Source: Ranitomeya imitator
Lineage: Eukaryota
Direction of reading: 5' to 3'
DNA length: 64,000 nt
Assembly (NCBI RefSeq): GCF_032444005.1
Contig: NC_091288.1
Span: 210,366,001-210,430,000, forward strand
Part shown: one piece after another, positions 11,918-24,216 of the stretch
Numbering within the stretch: the first letter of the stretch is position 1
Layout: the number at the start of each line of letters is the position of its first letter
The notes under the pieces: model-generated
Seen by the model: the letters and a program-made list of their open reading frames with translations, nothing else
What the model was told of the DNA's origin: nothing
Database searches by the model: none
Made by a program: the position numbers and the translations under genes

Positions 11918-12679
11918 ACCATGTCACCTTGTTTCACTATATAATCTATTTGCAGAGATTTTCCTCCTCATTTTTAAAAATCAACAAACTATCTGGGCTG
12001 CCCAATGCATAATTAGCATATCAGTAGTCATCAAGGATAAGAGCACACTAGGTCATATCGCATATCAGCTTACAAGTCAATATTCCAGGCTTCCACAAAC
12101 AAAAGTCTATTTTCTTGAACAGCCAGAAAGAAACACATGAAATCAAAAGTCAACATACAGATAACAGTCTATTCTTCTTAGTTTGCTAAAAAAATAGTCA
12201 TCTGGTTAATTAAGATACAATGCTGTGTCTCCACAAGGGTTACCGCCCCAGTCCTGGGCTATAAATTGTCAGGGTTACCACCAGAATAAGGGTGCCTACC
12301 GTAGGCCCGGATTGTTAATCTGCCGGTCCGGGCACTTCACCGGTGGGCCGCGGTGTGACGCTGTTTGGGGGGCCGCCAGACCGTTTCTACGGCTGTTGGC
12401 CCCTTTAATTTTCTGGGCCCCTGCTGGGGTTCAGGAACCCAGGCACGGGGTGCACGCACACACTGAACGTTGCGACGCACATGTGGCTGGAGCCAGGGAC
12501 GCGCTGACACTTGCACATGTCAGTGCGTCTGGTGGGTAGAGAGTCTGCGTTCTGCTCTCCTGCCCTAGTAACGTTGCTGCTGCAGTCGCAACCCGGCGGG
12601 GAATGAAGAAAGAGGTATTTTTATTTATTTATTTTTAATCAATCAGCACTTTGTGGAGCCATCATACTATATGGAGGGG

Positions 12680-13292
12680 GTGGTGGTATATGTGGGTCCA
12701 TCCTACTGTATATGGGGCATTACATGTGGGTCCATCCTACTGTATATGGGGCATTATATGTGGGTCCATCCTACTGTATATGGGGCATTATATGTGGGTC
12801 AATCCTACTGTATATGGGGCATTACATGTGGGTCCATCGTACTGTATATGGGGCATTATATGTGGGTCCATCCTACTGTATATGGGGCATTATATGTGGG
12901 TCCATCCTACTGTATATGGGGCATTATATGTGGGTCAATCCTACTGTATATGGGGCATTATATGTGGGTCCATCCTACTGTATATGGGGCATTATATGTG
13001 GGTCCATCCTACTGTATATGGGGCATTATATGTGGGTCCATCGTACTGTATATGGGGCATTATATGTGGGTCCATCGTACTGTATATGGGGCATTATATG
13101 TGGGTCCATCCTACTGTATATGGGGCATTATATGTGGGTCCATCCTACTGTATATGGGGCATTATATGTGGGTCCATCGTACTGTATATGGGGCATTATA
13201 TGTGGGTCCATCCTACTGTATATGGGGCATTATATGTGGGTCCATCCTACTGTATATGGGGCATTATATGTGGGTCCATCCTACTGTATATG
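12680..13292. repeat. 34-bp minisatellite, ~18 copies
   Basis: Unit tatgtgggtccatcctactgtatatggggcatta. Confidence 0.95.
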
Positions 13293-13295
13293 CGG

Positions 13296-13935
13296 CTGTT
13301 TAAGTTTCCACAATCAGTGATGGTTTGGGGAGCCATGTCATCTGCTGGTGTAGGTCCACTGTGTTTTATAAAGACCAAGGTCAGCGCAACCGTCCACCAT
13401 GAGATTTTAGAGCACTTCATGCTTCCCTCTGCCAACAATCTTTTTGGAGATGGAAAGGTCATTCTCCAGCAGGACTTGGCCCCTGTCCACACTGCCAAAA
13501 GTACCAATATCTGGTGTACAAACAACAGTATCACTGGGCTTGATTGGCAGCAAACTCACCTGACCTTAACCCCATAAAGAATCTATGGAGTATTGTCAAG
13601 AGGAAGATGAGAGACACCAGACCCAACAATGCAGACGAGCTGAAGGCTGCTATCAAAGCAACCTGGGCTTCCATAACTCCTCAGCAGTGCCACAGGCTGA
13701 TCACCTCCATGCCACGCCTCATTGATGCAGTAATTGATGCAAAACAAGCCCCGACCAAGTATTGAGTGCATTTACTGAACATACATTTCAAAAGGACAAC
13801 ATTTCGGATTTTAAAATCATTTTTCAAGCTGGGGTTATAAAGTATTCTAATTTACTGAGATAATGACTTTTGGGTTTTTCATTGGCTGTAAGCTATAATC
13901 ATCAACATTAACAGAAATAAAGATGTGAAATAGAT
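13296..13935 (+). mobile_element. Tc1 transposase 3' fragment, frameshifted
   Basis: KFPQSVMVWGAMS...QQDLAPVHTAK, then a frameshift at ~13550, then ANSPDLNPIKNLWSIVKRKM...PTKY* (13765), followed by partial TIR sequence. Confidence 0.85.
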
Positions 13936-14029
13936 CACTCTGTGCTCTGTGTGAAATGTTATCGGAGATGGTGAAACCATCGGCTCTACACAAAACTCAG
14001 AGCTCAGAAAATATACGCTTTTTAATTAT

Positions 14030-15529
14030 TCCAGTTGCAAATATTTATTCATTACATAGTGGAATGCGTTGAGAATAAAAAATAAAAATTATCAATGTAA
14101 ATCACAACTAAAATCTCATGGAGGTCTGGAGTTGGAATGATGCTCAAAATCAAAGTGGAAAATCAAATTACAGGCTGATCCAACTTCAGTTGAAAAGCCT
14201 CAAGACAAGGAAATGATGCTCAGTAGTGTGTGTGGCCTCCACGTGCCTGTATGACCTCCCTACAACGCCTGGGCATGCTCCTGATGAGGCAGTGGATGGT
14301 CTCCTGTGGGATCTCCTCCCAGACCTGGACTAAAGCCTCCGCCAACTCCTGGACAGTCTGTGGAGCAATGTGACATTGGTGGATGGTGCGAGACATGATG
14401 GTCCCAGATGTGCTCAATCGGATTCAGGTCTGGGGAACGGGCGGGCCAGTCCATAGCTTCAATGCCTTCATCTTGCAGGAACTGCTGACACACTCCAGCC
14501 ACATGAGGTCTGGCATTGTCCTGCATTAGGGGGAACCCAGGGCCAACTGCACCAGCATATGGTCTCACAAGGGGTCTGAGGATCTCATCTCGGTACCTAA
14601 TGGCAGTCAGGCTACTTCTGGCGAGCACATGGGGGGCTGTGCGGCCCTCCAAAGAAATGCCACCCCACACCATTACTGACCCACTGCCAAACCGGTCATG
14701 CTGAAGGATGTTGCAGGCAGCAGATCGCTCTCCACGGCGTCTCCAGACTCTGTCACATGTGCTCAGTGTGAACCCGCTTTCATCTGTGAAGAGCAGAGCG
14801 CCAGTGGTGAATTTGCCAATCCTGGTGTTCTGTGACAAATGCCAAGTGTCCTGCACGGTGTTGGGCTGTGAGCACAACCCCCATCTGTGGACGTCGGGCA
14901 CTCAGACCATCCTCATGGAGTCGGTTTCTAACAGTTTGTGCAGACACATGCACATTTGTGGCCTGCTGGAGGTCATTTTGCAGGGCTCTGGCGGTGCTCC
15001 TCCTGTTCCTACTTGCACAAAGGCTGAGGTAGCGGTCCTGCTGCTGGGTTGTTGCCCTCCTACGGCCCCCTCCATGTCTCCTGGTGTACTGGCCTGTCTC
15101 CTGGTAGCGCCTCCAGCCTCTGGACACTACACTGACAGACACCGCAAACCTTCTTGCCACAGCTCGCATTGATGTGCCATCCTGGATGAGCTGCACTACC
15201 TGAGCCACTTGTGTGGGTTGTAGAGTCCATCTCATGTTACCAGGAGTGTGAAAGCACAACCAACATTCAAAAGTGACCAAAACATCAGCCAGAAAGCATT
15301 GGTACGAGATGTGGTCTGTGGTCCCCACCTGCAGAACCACTCCATTATTGAGGGGGTCTTGATAATTGCCAATAATTTCCACCTGTTGTTTATTCCATTT
15401 GCACAACAGCATGTGAAATTGATTGTCAGTCAGTGTTGTTCCTAAGTGGACAGTTTGATTTCACAGAAATTTGATTTACTTGGAGTTATATTCTGTTCTT
15501 TGAGTGTTCCCATTATTTTTTTGCACAGT
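14030..15529 (-). mobile_element. Degenerate Tc1 element (second family), 3' TIR truncated
   Basis: The left end on the minus strand is TA|cactgtgcaaaaaaataatgggaacact. Transposase runs from 15235 ([20 protein letters not shown]) to 14220 (RGGHTHY*) across frameshifts, with FTDES, MQDNARPH and SPDLNPIEHIWD. Confidence 0.85.
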
Positions 15530-15855
15530 GTATGCACCTTGTCCCGCCTGGTGCCGCCGTCCGATCACTGGACCATTATTACCGCACAGGAAACGGCGGA
15601 AACTCACAGACTGTGTGGGGCGGCCTGAAGTTCACCATTCACTGCACTGGGAGTTTTTTCCCGCTTTTCAGTATATTATACTGGTGGCATATTATAATAA
15701 TAATAATAATAATAATAATAAATTATAGCTCAGTATTAATATATTATAAATTAGTAATATAATTTATCTCCAAAAATACAGGCCTCATACAAGCGAGGGG
15801 ATGGACACATAAGGTGAGGCTCCTCCCGCAGCTGTGTGTCACCGCCGCTGCTCTG

Positions 15856-16700
15856 TGGCCCCTCGGGTCCTCCGCCCCTTACCTGTGGCCCCCGGGGGTC
15901 CTCCGCCCCTTACCTGTGGCCACTGGGGGTCCTCCGCCCCTTACCTGTGGCCCCCGGGGGTCCTCCGCCCCTTACCTGTGGCCCCCGGGGGTCCTCCGCC
16001 CCTTACCTGTGGCCCCCGGGGGTCCTCCGCCCCTTACCTGTGGCCCCCGGGGGTCCTCCGCCCCTTACCTGTGGCCCCCGGGGGTCCTCCGCCCCTTACC
16101 TGTGGCCCCCGGGGGTCCTCCGCCCCTTACCTGTGGCCCCCGGGGGTCCTCCGCCCCTTACCTGTGGCCACTGGGGGTCCTCCGCCCCTTACCTGTGGCC
16201 CCCGGGGGTCCTCCGCCCCTTACCTGTGGCCCCCGGGGGTCCTCCGCCCCTTACCTGTGGCCCCCGGGGGTCCTCCGCCCTTACCTGTGGCCCCCGGGGG
16301 TCCTCCGCCCCTTACCTGTGGCCACTGGGGGTCCTCCGCCCCTTACCTGTGGCCACTGGGGGTCCTCCGCCCCTTACCTGTGGCCACTGGGGGTCCTCCG
16401 CCCCTTACCTGTGGCCACTGGGGGTCCTCCGCCCCTTACCTGTGGCCACTGGGGGTCCTCCGCCCTTACCTGTGGCCCCCGGGGTCCTCCGCCCTTACCT
16501 GTGGCCCCCGGGGGTCCTCCGCCCTTACGTGTGGCCCCCGGGGGTCCTCCGCCCCTTACCTGTGGCCACTGGGGGTCCTCCGCCCTTACCTGTGGCCACT
16601 GGGGGTCCTCCGCCCCTTACCTGTGGCCCCCGGGGTCCTCCGCCCTTACCTGTGGCCCCCGGGGGTCCTCCGCCCTTACCTGTGGCCGCTGGGGGTCCGT
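15856..16700. repeat. 30-31-bp GC-rich minisatellite, ~27 copies
   Basis: Unit gggggtcctccgccccttacctgtggccccc (variant ggccact). Confidence 0.95.
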
Positions 16701-16779
16701 CCGCCCCAGGGTCTCACATTCTCCTTCCTGTCACATCACTCAGAGTTTACACAAAGTGCATCCTCCCGCGGAAAATCTG

Positions 16780-17020
16780 CCGTTCTTTGATTGGCAGGCT
16801 TGATAGAGTACTTGTCAGTGATTGGTCATTGGTTTTGTGTGCCCCTTGATGATTGGACTGGCTAAAACAGTGGCTGCCTGTGATTGGTTAGGCTATGTGC
16901 CAGCTTCTAGCTACACGTGTGGGAGAGAACGTGGCGTGGTCGGGAGCGGAGCGGACACCAGTGGAGAAAGGGAGATACGGGGCGGAGAGCGGGCGGCCAG
17001 AGACAAGGTCAGGAGCGTGT
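16780..17020 (+). promoter_or_regulatory. Probable SHMT1 promoter and non-coding first exon: phased CCAAT boxes, E-box, GC boxes
   Basis: ATTGG at 16790, 16821, 16852 and 16883 (plus 16828), CACGTG at 16914 and GGGGCGGAG at ~16979. Candidate donors are at 17008 or 17019. Assignment to SHMT1 is an inference. Confidence 0.55.
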
Positions 17021-17089
17021 AAGACGGGAGTGCAGGCACAAAGGTGCTCAGAAATGCCGCCTGACCTGGAGCAATGGTTGTCAGATAAA

Positions 17090-20000
17090 ACAACCTCTGT
17101 CCCGGGACTCTGGTTGTCAGGAGACCCCCCCCCCACCTCTGTCCCGGGACTCTGATTGTCAGGAGACCCCCCCCCACCACCTCTGTCCCGGGACTCTGAT
17201 TGTCAGGAGACCCTCCCCCACCGCTCCACCTCTGTCCCGGGACTCTGATTGTCAGGAGACCCTCCCCCACCGCTCCACCTCTGTCCCGGACTCTGGTTGT
17301 CAGGAGACCCTCCCCCACCGCTCCACCTCTGTCCCGGACTCTGGTTGTCAGGAGACCCTCCCCCACCGCTCCACCTCTGTCCCGGGACTCTGATTGTCAG
17401 GAGACCCTCCCCCACCGCTCCACCTCTGTCCCGGACTCTGGTTGTCAGGAGACCCTCCCCCACCGCTCCACCTCTGTCCCGGGACTCTGATTGTCAAGAG
17501 ACCCCCCCCCCCACTGCTCCACCTCTGTCCCGGGACTCTGGTTGTCAGGAGACCCTCCCCCACCGCTCCACCTCTGTCCCGGGACTCTGGTTGTCAGGAG
17601 ACCCCCCACCGCTCCACCTCTGTCCCGGGACTCTGGTTGTCAGGAGACCCTCCCCCACCGCTCCACCTCTGTCCCGGGACTCTGGTTGTCAGGAGACTCC
17701 CCCCCCCCCCCACTGCTCCACCTCTGTCCCGGGACTCTGATTGTCAGGAGACCCCCCACCGCTCCACCTCTGTCCCGGGACTCTGGTTGTCAGGAGACCC
17801 CCCCCCCACCTCTGTCCCGGGACTCTGATTGTCAGGAGACCCCCCCCCCACCACCTCTGTCCCGGGACTCTGATTGTCAGGAGACCCTCCCCCACCGCTC
17901 CACCTCTGTCCCGGGACTCTGATTGTCAGGAGACCCTCCCCCACCGCTCCACCTCTGTCCCGGGACTCTGATTGTCAGGAGACCCTCCCCCACCGCTCCA
18001 CCTCTGTCCCGGACTCTGGTTGTCAGGAGACCCTCCCCCACCGCTCCACCTCTGTCCCGGACTCTGGTTGTCAGGAGACCCTCCCCCACCGCTCCACCTC
18101 TGTCCCGGGACTCTGATTGTCAAGAGACCCTCCCCCACTGCTCCACCTCTGTCCCGGGACTCTGGTTGTCAGGAGACCCTCCCCCACCGCTCCACCTCTG
18201 TCCCGGGACTCTGGTTGTCAGGAGACCCCCCCCCCCCCCCCACTGCTCCACCTCTGTCCCGGGACTCTGATTGTCAGGAGACCCCCCACCGCTCCACCTC
18301 TGTCCCGGGACTCTGGTTGTCAGGAGACCCTCCCCCACCGCTCCACCTCTGTCCCGGGACTCTGGTTGTCAGGAGACTTCCCCCCCCCCCCCCCCCCCCC
18401 CACTGCTCCACCTCTGTCCCGGGACTCTGATTGTCAGGAGACCCCCCACCGCTCCACCTCTGTCCCGGGACTCTGGTTGTCAGGAGACCCCCCCCCCCAC
18501 CTCTGTCCCGGGACTCTGATTGTCAGGAGACCCCCCCCCCACCACCTCTGTCCCGGGACTCTGATTGTCAGGAGACCCTCCCCCACCGCTCCACCTCTGT
18601 CCCGGGACTCTGATTGTCAGGAGACCCTCCCCCACCGCTCCACCTCTGTCCCGGGACTCTGATTGTCAGGAGACCCTCCCCCACCGCTCCACCTCTGTCC
18701 CGGGACTCTGATTGTCAGGAGACCCTCCCCCACCGCTCCACCTCTGTCCCGGGACTCTGATTGTCAGGAGACCCCCCCCCCACCACCTCTGTCCCGGGAC
18801 TCTGATTGTCAGGAGACCCTCCCCCACCGCTCCACCTCTGTCCCGGGACTCTGATTGTCAGGAGACCCTCCCCCACCGCTCCACCTCTGTCCCGGGACTC
18901 TGATTGTCAGGAGACCCTCCCCCACCGCTCCACCTCTGTCCCGGACTCTGGTTGTCAGGAGACCCTCCCCCACCGCTCCACCTCTGTCCCGGACTCTGGT
19001 TGTCAGGAGACCCTCCCCCACCGCTCCACCTCTGTCCCGGGACTCTGATTGTCAAGAGACCCTCCCCCACTGCTCCACCTCTGTCCCGGGACTCTGGTTG
19101 TCAGGAGACCCTCCCCCACCGCTCCACCTCTGTCCCGGGACTCTGGTTGTCAGGAGACCCCCCCCCCCCCCCCACTGCTCCACCTCTGTCCCGGGACTCT
19201 GATTGTCAGGAGACCCCCCACCGCTCCACCTCTGTCCCGGGACTCTGGTTGTCAGGAGACCCTCCCCCACCGCTCCACCTCTGTCCCGGGACTCTGGTTG
19301 TCAGGAGACTCCCCCCCCCCCCCCCCCCCCCACTGCTCCACCTCTGTCCCGGGACTCTGATTGTCAGGAGACCCCCCACCGCTCCACCTCTGTCCCGGGA
19401 CTCTGGTTGTCAGGAGACCCCCCCCCCACCTCTGTCCCGGGACTCTGATTGTCAGGAGACCCCCCCCCCACCACCTCTGTCCCGGGACTCTGATTGTCAG
19501 GAGACCCTCCCCCACCGCTCCACCTCTGTCCCGGGACTCTGATTGTCAGGAGACCCTCCCCCACCGCTCCACCTCTGTCCCGGGACTCTGATTGTCAGGA
19601 GACCCTCCCCCACCGCTCCACCTCTGTCCCGGACTCTGGTTGTCAGGAGACCCTCCCCCACCGCTCCACCTCTGTCCCGGACTCTGGTTGTCAGGAGACC
19701 CTCCCCCACCGCTCCACCTCTGTCCCGGGACTCTGATTGTCAAGAGACCCTCCCCCACTGCTCCACCTCTGTCCCGGGACTCTGGTTGTCAGGAGACCCT
19801 CCCCCACCGCTCCACCTCTGTCCCGGGACTCTGGTTGTCAGGAGACCCCCCCCCCCCCCCCCCACTGCTCCACCTCTGTCCCGGGACTCTGATTGTCAGG
19901 AGACCCCCCACCGCTCCACCTCTGTCCCGGGACTCTGGTTGTCAGGAGACCCTCCCCCACCGCTCCACCTCTGTCCCGGGACTCTGGTTGTCAGGAGACT

Positions 20001-23000
20001 CCCCCCCCCCCCCCCCCCCCCCCCACTGCTCCACCTCTGTCCCGGGACTCTGATTGTCAGGAGACCCCCCACCGCTCCACCTCTGTCCCGGGACTCTGGT
20101 TGTCAGGAGACCCTCCCCCACCGCTCCACCTCTGTCCCGGGACTCTGATTGTCAGGAGACCCTCCCCCACCGCTCCACCTCTGTCCCGGGACTCTGATTG
20201 TCAGGAGACCCCCCCCCCCACCGCTCCACCTCTGTCCCGGGACTCTGATTGTCAGGAGACTCTCCCCCACTGCTCCACCTCTGTCCCGGGACTCTGGTTG
20301 TCAGGAGACCCTCCCCCACCGCTCCACCTCTGTCCCGGGACTCTGATTGTCAGGAGACCCTCCCCCACCGCTCCACCTCTGTCCCGGGACTCTGGTTGTC
20401 AGGAGACCGTCCCCCACCGCTCCACCTCTGTCCCGGACTCTGGTTGTCAGGAGACCCCCCCACCGCTCCACCTCTGTCCCGGGACTCTGGTTGTCAGGAG
20501 ACCCCCCCCCCCCACCGCTCCACCTCTGTCCCGGGACTCTGATTGTCAGGAGACCCTCCCCCACCGCTCCACCTCTGTCCCGGGACTCTGGTTGTCAGGA
20601 GACCGTCCCCCACCGCTCCACCTCTGTCCCGGACTCTGGTTGTCAGGAGACCCTCCCCCCCCCAACCGCCCCACCTCTGTCCCGGACTCTGGTTGTCAGG
20701 AGACCCCCCCCCCCCCCCCCACCGCTCCACCTCTGTCCCGGACTCTGGTTGTCAGGAGACCCTCCCCCACTTTTCCACCTCTGTCCCGGGACTCTGATTG
20801 TCAGGAGACCCTCCCCCACTGCTCCACCTCTGTCCCGGGACTCTGATTGTCAGGAGACCCTCCCCCACTTCTCCACCTCTGTCCCGGGACTCTGGTTGTC
20901 AGGAGACCCTCCCCACCGCTCCACCTCTGTCCCGGACTCTGGTTGTCAGGAGACCCTCCCCCACTGCTCCACCTCTGTCCCGGGACTCTGATTGTCAGGA
21001 GACCCTCCCCCACCGCTCCACCTCTGTCCCGGGACTCTGATTGTCAGGAGACCCTCCCCCACCGCTCCACCTCTGTCCCGGGACTCTGATTGTCAGGAGA
21101 CCCTCCCCCACTTCTCCACCTCTGTCCCGGGACTCTGGTTGTCAGGAGACCCCCCCCACCGCTCCACCTCTGTCCCGGACTCTGGTTGTCAGGAGACCCT
21201 CCCCCACTGCTCCACCTCTGTCCCGGGACTCTGATTGTCAGGAGACCCCCCCCCCCCACCGCTCCACCTCTGTCCCGGGACTCTGATTGTCAGGAGACTC
21301 TCCCCCACTGCTCCACCTCTGTCCCGGGACTCTGGTTGTCAGGAGACCCTCCCCCACCGCTCCACCTCTGTCCCGGGACTCTGATTGTCAGGAGACCCTC
21401 CCCCACCGCTCCACCTCTGTCCCGGGACTCTGGTTGTCAGGAGACCGTCCCCCACCGCTCCACCTCTGTCCCGGACTCTGGTTGTCAGGAGACCCCCCCA
21501 CCGCTCCACCTCTGTCCCGGGACTCTGGTTGTCAGGAGACCCCCCCCCACCGCTCCACCTCTGTCCCGGGACTCTGATTGTCAGGAGACCCTCCCCCACC
21601 GCTCCACCTCTGTCCCGGGACTCTGGTTGTCAGGAGACCGTCCCCCACCGCTCCACCTCTGTCCCGGACTCTGGTTGTCAGGAGACCCTCCCCCCCCCAA
21701 CCGCCCCACCTCTGTCCCGGACTCTGGTTGTCAGGAGACCCCCCCCCCCCCCCCCCACCGCTCCACCTCTGTCCCGGACTCTGGTTGTCAGGAGACCCTC
21801 CCCCACTGCTCCACCTCTGTCCCGGGACTCTGATTGTCAGGAGACCCTCCCCCACCGCTCCACCTCTGTCCCGGGACTCTGATTGTCAGGAGACCCTCCC
21901 ACACCGCTCCACCTCTGTCCCGGGACTCTGATTGTCAGGAGACCCTCCCCCACTTCTCCACCTCTGTCCCGGACTCTGGTTGTCAGGAGACCCTCTCCCC
22001 CCCCCCACCGCTCCACCTCTGTCCCGGACTCTGGTTGTCAGGAGACCCTCCCCCACCGCTCCACCTCTGTCCCGGGACTCTGATTGTCAGGAGACCCTCC
22101 CCCACTTCTCCACCTCTGTCCCGGGACTCTGGTTGTCAGGAGACCCTATCCCCCCCCACCGCTCCACCTCTGTCCCGGACTCTGGTTGTCAGGAGACCCT
22201 CCCCCACTGCTCCACCTCTGTCCCGGACTTTGGTTGTCAGGAGAGGAGACCCTCCCCCCCCCCACCGCTCCACCTCTGTCCCGGACTCTGGTTGTCAGGA
22301 GACCCCCCCACCGCTCCACCTCTGTCCCGGGACTCTGGTTGTCAGGAGACCCCCCCCCACCGCTCCACCTCTGTCCCGGGACTCTGATTGTCAGGAGACC
22401 CTCCCCCACCGCTCCACCTCTGTCCCGGGACTCTGGTTGTCAGGAGACCGTCCCCCACCGCTCCACCTCTGTCCCGGACTCTGGTTGTCAGGAGACCCTC
22501 CCCCCCCCAACCGCCCCACCTCTGTCCCGGACTCTGGTTGTCAGGAGACCCCCCCCCCCCCACCGCTCCACCTCTGTCCCGGACTCTGGTTGTCAGGAGA
22601 CCCTCCCCCACTGCTCCACCTCTGTCCCGGGACTCTGATTGTCAGGAGACCCTCCCCCACCGCTCCACCTCTGTCCCGGGACTCTGATTGTCAGGAGACC
22701 CTCCCCCACCGCTCCACCTCTGTCCCGGGACTCTGATTGTCAGGAGACCCCCCCCCCACCGCTCCACCTCTGTCCCGGGACTCTGATTGTCAGGAGACCC
22801 TCCCCCACTTCTCCACCTCTGTCCCGGACTCTGGTTGTCAGGAGACCCTCTCCCCCCCCCACCGCTCCACCTCTGTCCCGGACTCTGGTTGTCAGGAGAC
22901 CCTCCCCCACCGCTCCACCTCTGTCCCGGGACTCTGATTGTCAGGAGACCCTCCCCCACTTCTCCACCTCTGTCCCGGGACTCTGGTTGTCAGGAGACCC

Positions 23001-23500
23001 TATCCCCCCCCACCGCTCCACCTCTGTCCCGGACTCTGGTTGTCAGGAGACCCTCCCCCACTGCTCCACCTCTGTCCCGGACTTTGGTTGTCAGGAGAGG
23101 AGACCCTCCCCCCCCCCCACCGCTCCACCTCTGTCCCGGACTCTGGTTGTCAGGAGACCCTCCCCCACTGCTCCACCTCTGTCCCGGGACTCTGATTGTC
23201 AGGAGACCCTCCCCCACCGCTCCACCTCTGTCCCGGACTCTGGTTGTCAGGAGACCGTCCCCCACCGCTCCACCTCTGTCCCGGACTCTGGTTGTCAGGA
23301 GACCGTCCCCCACCGCTCCACCTCTGTCCCGGGACACTGGTTGTCAGGAGACCCTCCCCCACCGCTCCACCTCTGTCCCGGGACACTGGTTGTCAGGAGA
23401 CCCTCCCCCACCGCTCCACCTCTGTCCCGGACTCTGGTTGTCAGGAGACCCACCCCCACCGCTCCACCTCTGTCCCGGGACACTGGTTGTCAGGAGACTT
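17090..23500. repeat. 48-49-bp minisatellite, ~6.4 kb (~130 copies), with higher-order structure
   Basis: Unit ctctgtcccgggactctg(a/g)ttgtcaggagaccctcccccaccgctccac, with variable poly-C tracts. Confidence 0.97.
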
Positions 23501-23664
23501 TCTGGCACGTATAGTGTTAACCCTCCGTGTGGTGGTTGTTGTGTCTCCACCAAAGACCTTTGATCCTTGGATGAGACTGAGGCAATTTCACTCCCAACTT
23601 TCTACTGCCCTTGGAAAGTTAATATGTAAGTTTTTGTTTTCACCCGCCGTCAGCTGGAGTCAGC

Positions 23665-23945
23665 GGTGGGCGAGCCTCCGTCACCAATGCGGGTGAGCTG
23701 TGGCGGGCGAGCCTCCGTCGCCGATGTGGGTGAGCTGTTGCGGGCGAGCCTTCTGTCGCCGATGCGGGTGAGCTGTGGCGGGCGAGCCTCCGTCGCCGAT
23801 GTGGGTGAGCTGTGGCGGGCGAGCCTTCCCTCGCCCATGCGGGTGAGCTGTGGCGGGCGAGCCTTCCCTCGCCCATGCGGGTGAGCTGTGGCGGGCGAGC
23901 CTTCCCTCGCCCATGCGGGTGAGCTGTGGCGGGCGAGCCTTCCGT
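23665..23945. repeat. 37-38-bp GC-rich minisatellite, ~7 copies
   Basis: Unit gcgggtgagctgtggcgggcgagccttccctcgcccat. Confidence 0.9.
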
Positions 23946-24216
23946 CACCGATAAGTTTCCATTTAATGTATCCATGTCGGATTCGGCTGTAAACAATAAA
24001 GTTACTGTTCATTGACAGCAAGCAGAGGCCTTAAAGGGATCTGCAGTCGCTGTACGTGGATCTGTTCCCGGTATTACCGCTGGACAGTTTTTGCATCTTC
24101 ACATTACGCTGCCGTGATTAAACGGTCACATAAAGTGACTGCAGACTTTTGACCAAAGTCCGAACTTCCCCTTTAAATGGTTATTGTTTCAGAAGTGACG
24201 TATCTGAGGCCGGCCA

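Noticed and set aside
12651-13577. 308-aa ORF fusing a YMWVHPTVYGAL repeat to a Tc1 DDE fragment
   Set aside because: Chance read-through from a 34-bp minisatellite into a truncated, frameshifted transposase. There is no evidence of a domesticated fusion gene.
15814-23696. Dozens of long Pro/Gly-rich ORFs on both strands
   Set aside because: They are translations of the 31-, 49- and 38-bp tandem repeats, cycling through all frames, with no domain, splice or codon support.
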